DNA of 64,000 bases from Octopus vulgaris. Taxonomy: Eukaryota. Both the position numbers and the translations under genes were made by a program. Below, in pieces: positions 61,372-64,000 of the stretch (positions are counted from its first letter, which is position 1; every line of letters begins with the position of its first letter). The stretch spans positions 24,118,001 to 24,182,000 of the forward strand of contig OX597834.1 of assembly GCA_951406725.2 (NCBI GenBank), in the 5' to 3' direction. The notes beneath the pieces are model-generated. The model did no database searches. It was not told where the DNA came from and was given only the letters and a program-made list of their open reading frames with translations.

Positions 61372-62159
61372 ACTGTGTGTGTGTGTATATATATGCTAAC
61401 CACATGTCACTAATCCTTATCGACGTTCCAAGCGTGAGCGTCACGTCATATTTCTTCAGAAAGTGTATTAGGAAATCATATCTCATATGTCTTCGTTTTT
61501 CTGCGCTTCTTTTATATATATATATATATATGTTGTTTTTTTTTTGAGATATTTGGCTGCTATTTCTAAAATCTGAACAACCACTAAGAGGTTCTCTGTC
61601 ACGCGCGCGATCGAGCGATTTGCTTCCCTGTAGGTTTAGCCCTGATCGAACAGAACCCATGATTAAAAGGTACTTAAACCAAAACCACAAATCTAATTTT
61701 CATTCATTTATTTCTTCCATCTACAGAGTAAATCCGGATATTTTTGTCCAATGCGTCCCCGTCCCCACTCGCACGATATTTTTGAGACTGCGGTATGACT
61801 GGAGAGTGATTGGACTGTTATTTCTAGCAATTCAAGTGACCACGTAGAGGTTCATTATTGAAAGCATGTGTGTGTGTATGTGTGAGAAAGAGAGAAATGC
61901 GTGTTCTTGTTTTAACTATTCCTTATATTTATTTACTAAACATGCCTTTGTATTTCTCCCTATTCCTCCTTCACCTCTCTCCGTCCTTCTCTCTATTTAT
62001 ATTTAGGTGTGTGTGTGTGTGTGTGTGTGTCGGCATGTTTACTGTATGTATATGTGTGTGCGTCGCTATGTTTATGTACCTGCGTATGTACACAAACATA
62101 CGTTTATGTGTTATATACAAACAAGAGGAAAGATCGATGAATCCATTGGCGTAAGAGTA

Positions 62160-62198
<39 letters not shown>

Positions 62199-62463
62199 CG
62201 TAGTACTCCATTCGTTGTTACTCATTCATACATTCAAGATCACATATCGCAATCTCTTTTAAAAACAAACACAATGACAAAATATATTAGATGAGTAATA
62301 TTTATGCGCTATTTCTAGCAAGGTGGTTGACCACACAGAAGCCCCGCCACTGTTGAAGCAGGTTACTACTGCTGTTGCCGGTTCTTGCAGGAGTCAGCAA
62401 TGTTGAGGGCGTGGCCAACTCCTTCCAACCACAATACTGGGCGAACTACTAAACATCTGAAAA

Positions 62464-62503
<40 letters not shown>

Positions 62504-62727
62504 ATAATAAATACCTCTTGGTGGTAGTTCAGATTTTAGAAATAGCAGCCAAATATCTCCGAAAAAAAACAACATATATATATATATATAAAAGAAGCGC
62601 AGAAAAACGAAGACACGTGAGATATGATTTCCTAATACACTTTCTGAAGAAATATGACGTGACGCTCACGCTTGGAACGTCGATCAGGGTTAGTGACATG
62701 TGGTTAACATATACACACACACACAGT
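61372..62727. repeat. Inverted duplication, ~215-bp arms (61372-61592 and 62513-62727)
   Basis: cgacgttccaagcgtgagcgtcacgtcatatttcttcagaaag... is reverse-complemented in the right arm. Confidence 0.92.
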
Positions 62728-63012
62728 CTCTAATATAATATAATATATATATATATGTTAAAAAAAGGCTTAATTTCCATTATTTAGTCAGTTTCCTCAT
62801 TTAGAAGATCCCGATATCTCTATAGAGTGATTGGTTGTTATATAGATGGTTAGGTGGATAGATCGAATGTGTGAGACAGAGTGTTATAAATTCGTCCAGG
62901 ATCTCGCTAAAAACGATGTTCTTTATACACCAATAAACCACATGTCTTTTGGTTATCGCTCGTTTGCCAGCAATATTGAACAGGCCTTAACCTTTTACAA
63001 ATATCTTAATAC

Positions 63013-63426
63013 CCATTTCTTTATTACCCACAAGGGGCTAAACATAGAAGGGACAAACAAGGACAGACATAGGTATTAAGTCGATTACATCGACCCCAGT
63101 GTGTAACTGGTACTTAATTTATCGACCCCGAAAGGATGAAAGGTAAAGTCAACCTCGGCGGAATTTGAACTCACAACGTAACGGCAGAAGAAATACCTAT
63201 TTCTTTATTACCCACAAGGGGCTAAACACAGAGGGGACAAACAAGGACAGACATAGGTATTAAGTCGATTACATCGACCCCAGTGTGTAACTGGTACTTT
63301 ATTTATCGACCCCGAAAGGATGAAAGGTAAAGTCAACCTCGGCGGAATTTGAATTCACAACGTAACGGCAGAAGAAATACCGCTAAGCATTTCGCCCGAC
63401 GTGCTAACGATTCTGCCAGCTCGCCA
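63013..63426 (-). mobile_element. Family B SINE with tandemly duplicated 3' ~183 bp
   Basis: Units start at 63013 and 63196 and share the variants aaggtaaagtcaacc and tcacaacg. Confidence 0.9.
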
Positions 63427-63704
63427 TTACACACACACACACACACACACGCACGTTATTTGCTTGTTTTTTTTGTTTTTTAATTATATGTCTCTTGGGT
63501 TCACACCATTATCTCTTTCTTTTTGATCTCCCCATCACTCCTCTCATCTTATTTATTTTGTTCTCAGAAACAATATTTTTTCCCCAGGTAATTCAAGACA
63601 GGCTTGGACTTGCACAAAATCGGGGACATTCATCACATCAAACGACTTACTGTAACCGACTAGGGAGCCATGGCAATTTATTATTATTATTATTATTATT
63701 ATTG

Positions 63705-64000
63705 CGACAAGCTGGCAGAATCGTTAGCATGCTAGACAAAATGCTGAGCAACATTTTGCCCATCTTTATGTTCTGAGTTCACATTCCACCGAGGTTGACT
63801 TTGCCTTTCTTCTTTTTGCAGGTAATTAAGGTAAGTACCAGTGAGGTATGGGACCAATGTGATCGACTTGGCCCTCTCTCAAACTTGCTGGCTTTGTGCC
63901 AGAATTTGAAATCCTCATCATCATCATCATCACCTATTTCTTTATTACCCACAAGGGGCTAAACACAGAGAGGACAAACAAGGACAGACAAACGGATTAA
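63705..64000. mobile_element. Degenerate family B copy (+, 63705-63910) and start of a young copy (-, 63933-64000)
   Basis: Match to family B. Confidence 0.8.

Noticed and set aside
62366-62460. Minus-strand exon-like segment after ttttcag
   Set aside because: All frames stop within ~30 codons, no convincing donor or recognisable product

Overview
AT-rich, microsatellite-saturated eukaryotic DNA. The SINE families and simple-repeat density suggest a coleoid cephalopod (Octopus-like); this is an inference, not a database result. I see no intact protein-coding gene. Most ORFs in the track are microsatellite or SINE artefacts. The rest are broken transposon domains: Gypsy gag/pro/RT/RNaseH with LTRs, Penelope RT, RTE and CR1/L2-type endonucleases, R4/Dong-type RLE, hAT, MULE and Tc1/mariner. 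There are more than 40 SINE/SINE-like copies in four main families, several MITEs, and one dispersed 28S rRNA fragment. A few short segments with good splice signals (37352-37478, 44643-44675, 58360-58439, 63568-63587 on +) may be 5' exons of an unidentified host gene. Best leads: (i) four hammerhead-ribozyme-like motifs, two as the arms of a ~480-bp near-perfect palindrome; (ii) a SINE-like family carrying tandem 63-bp units, each able to form an H-type pseudoknot, with one apparent compensatory change; (iii) very long (50-125 bp) target-site-like duplications; (iv) several long inverted duplications that could be dsRNA/ADAR substrates. Coordinates were read by eye and element edges are approximate.
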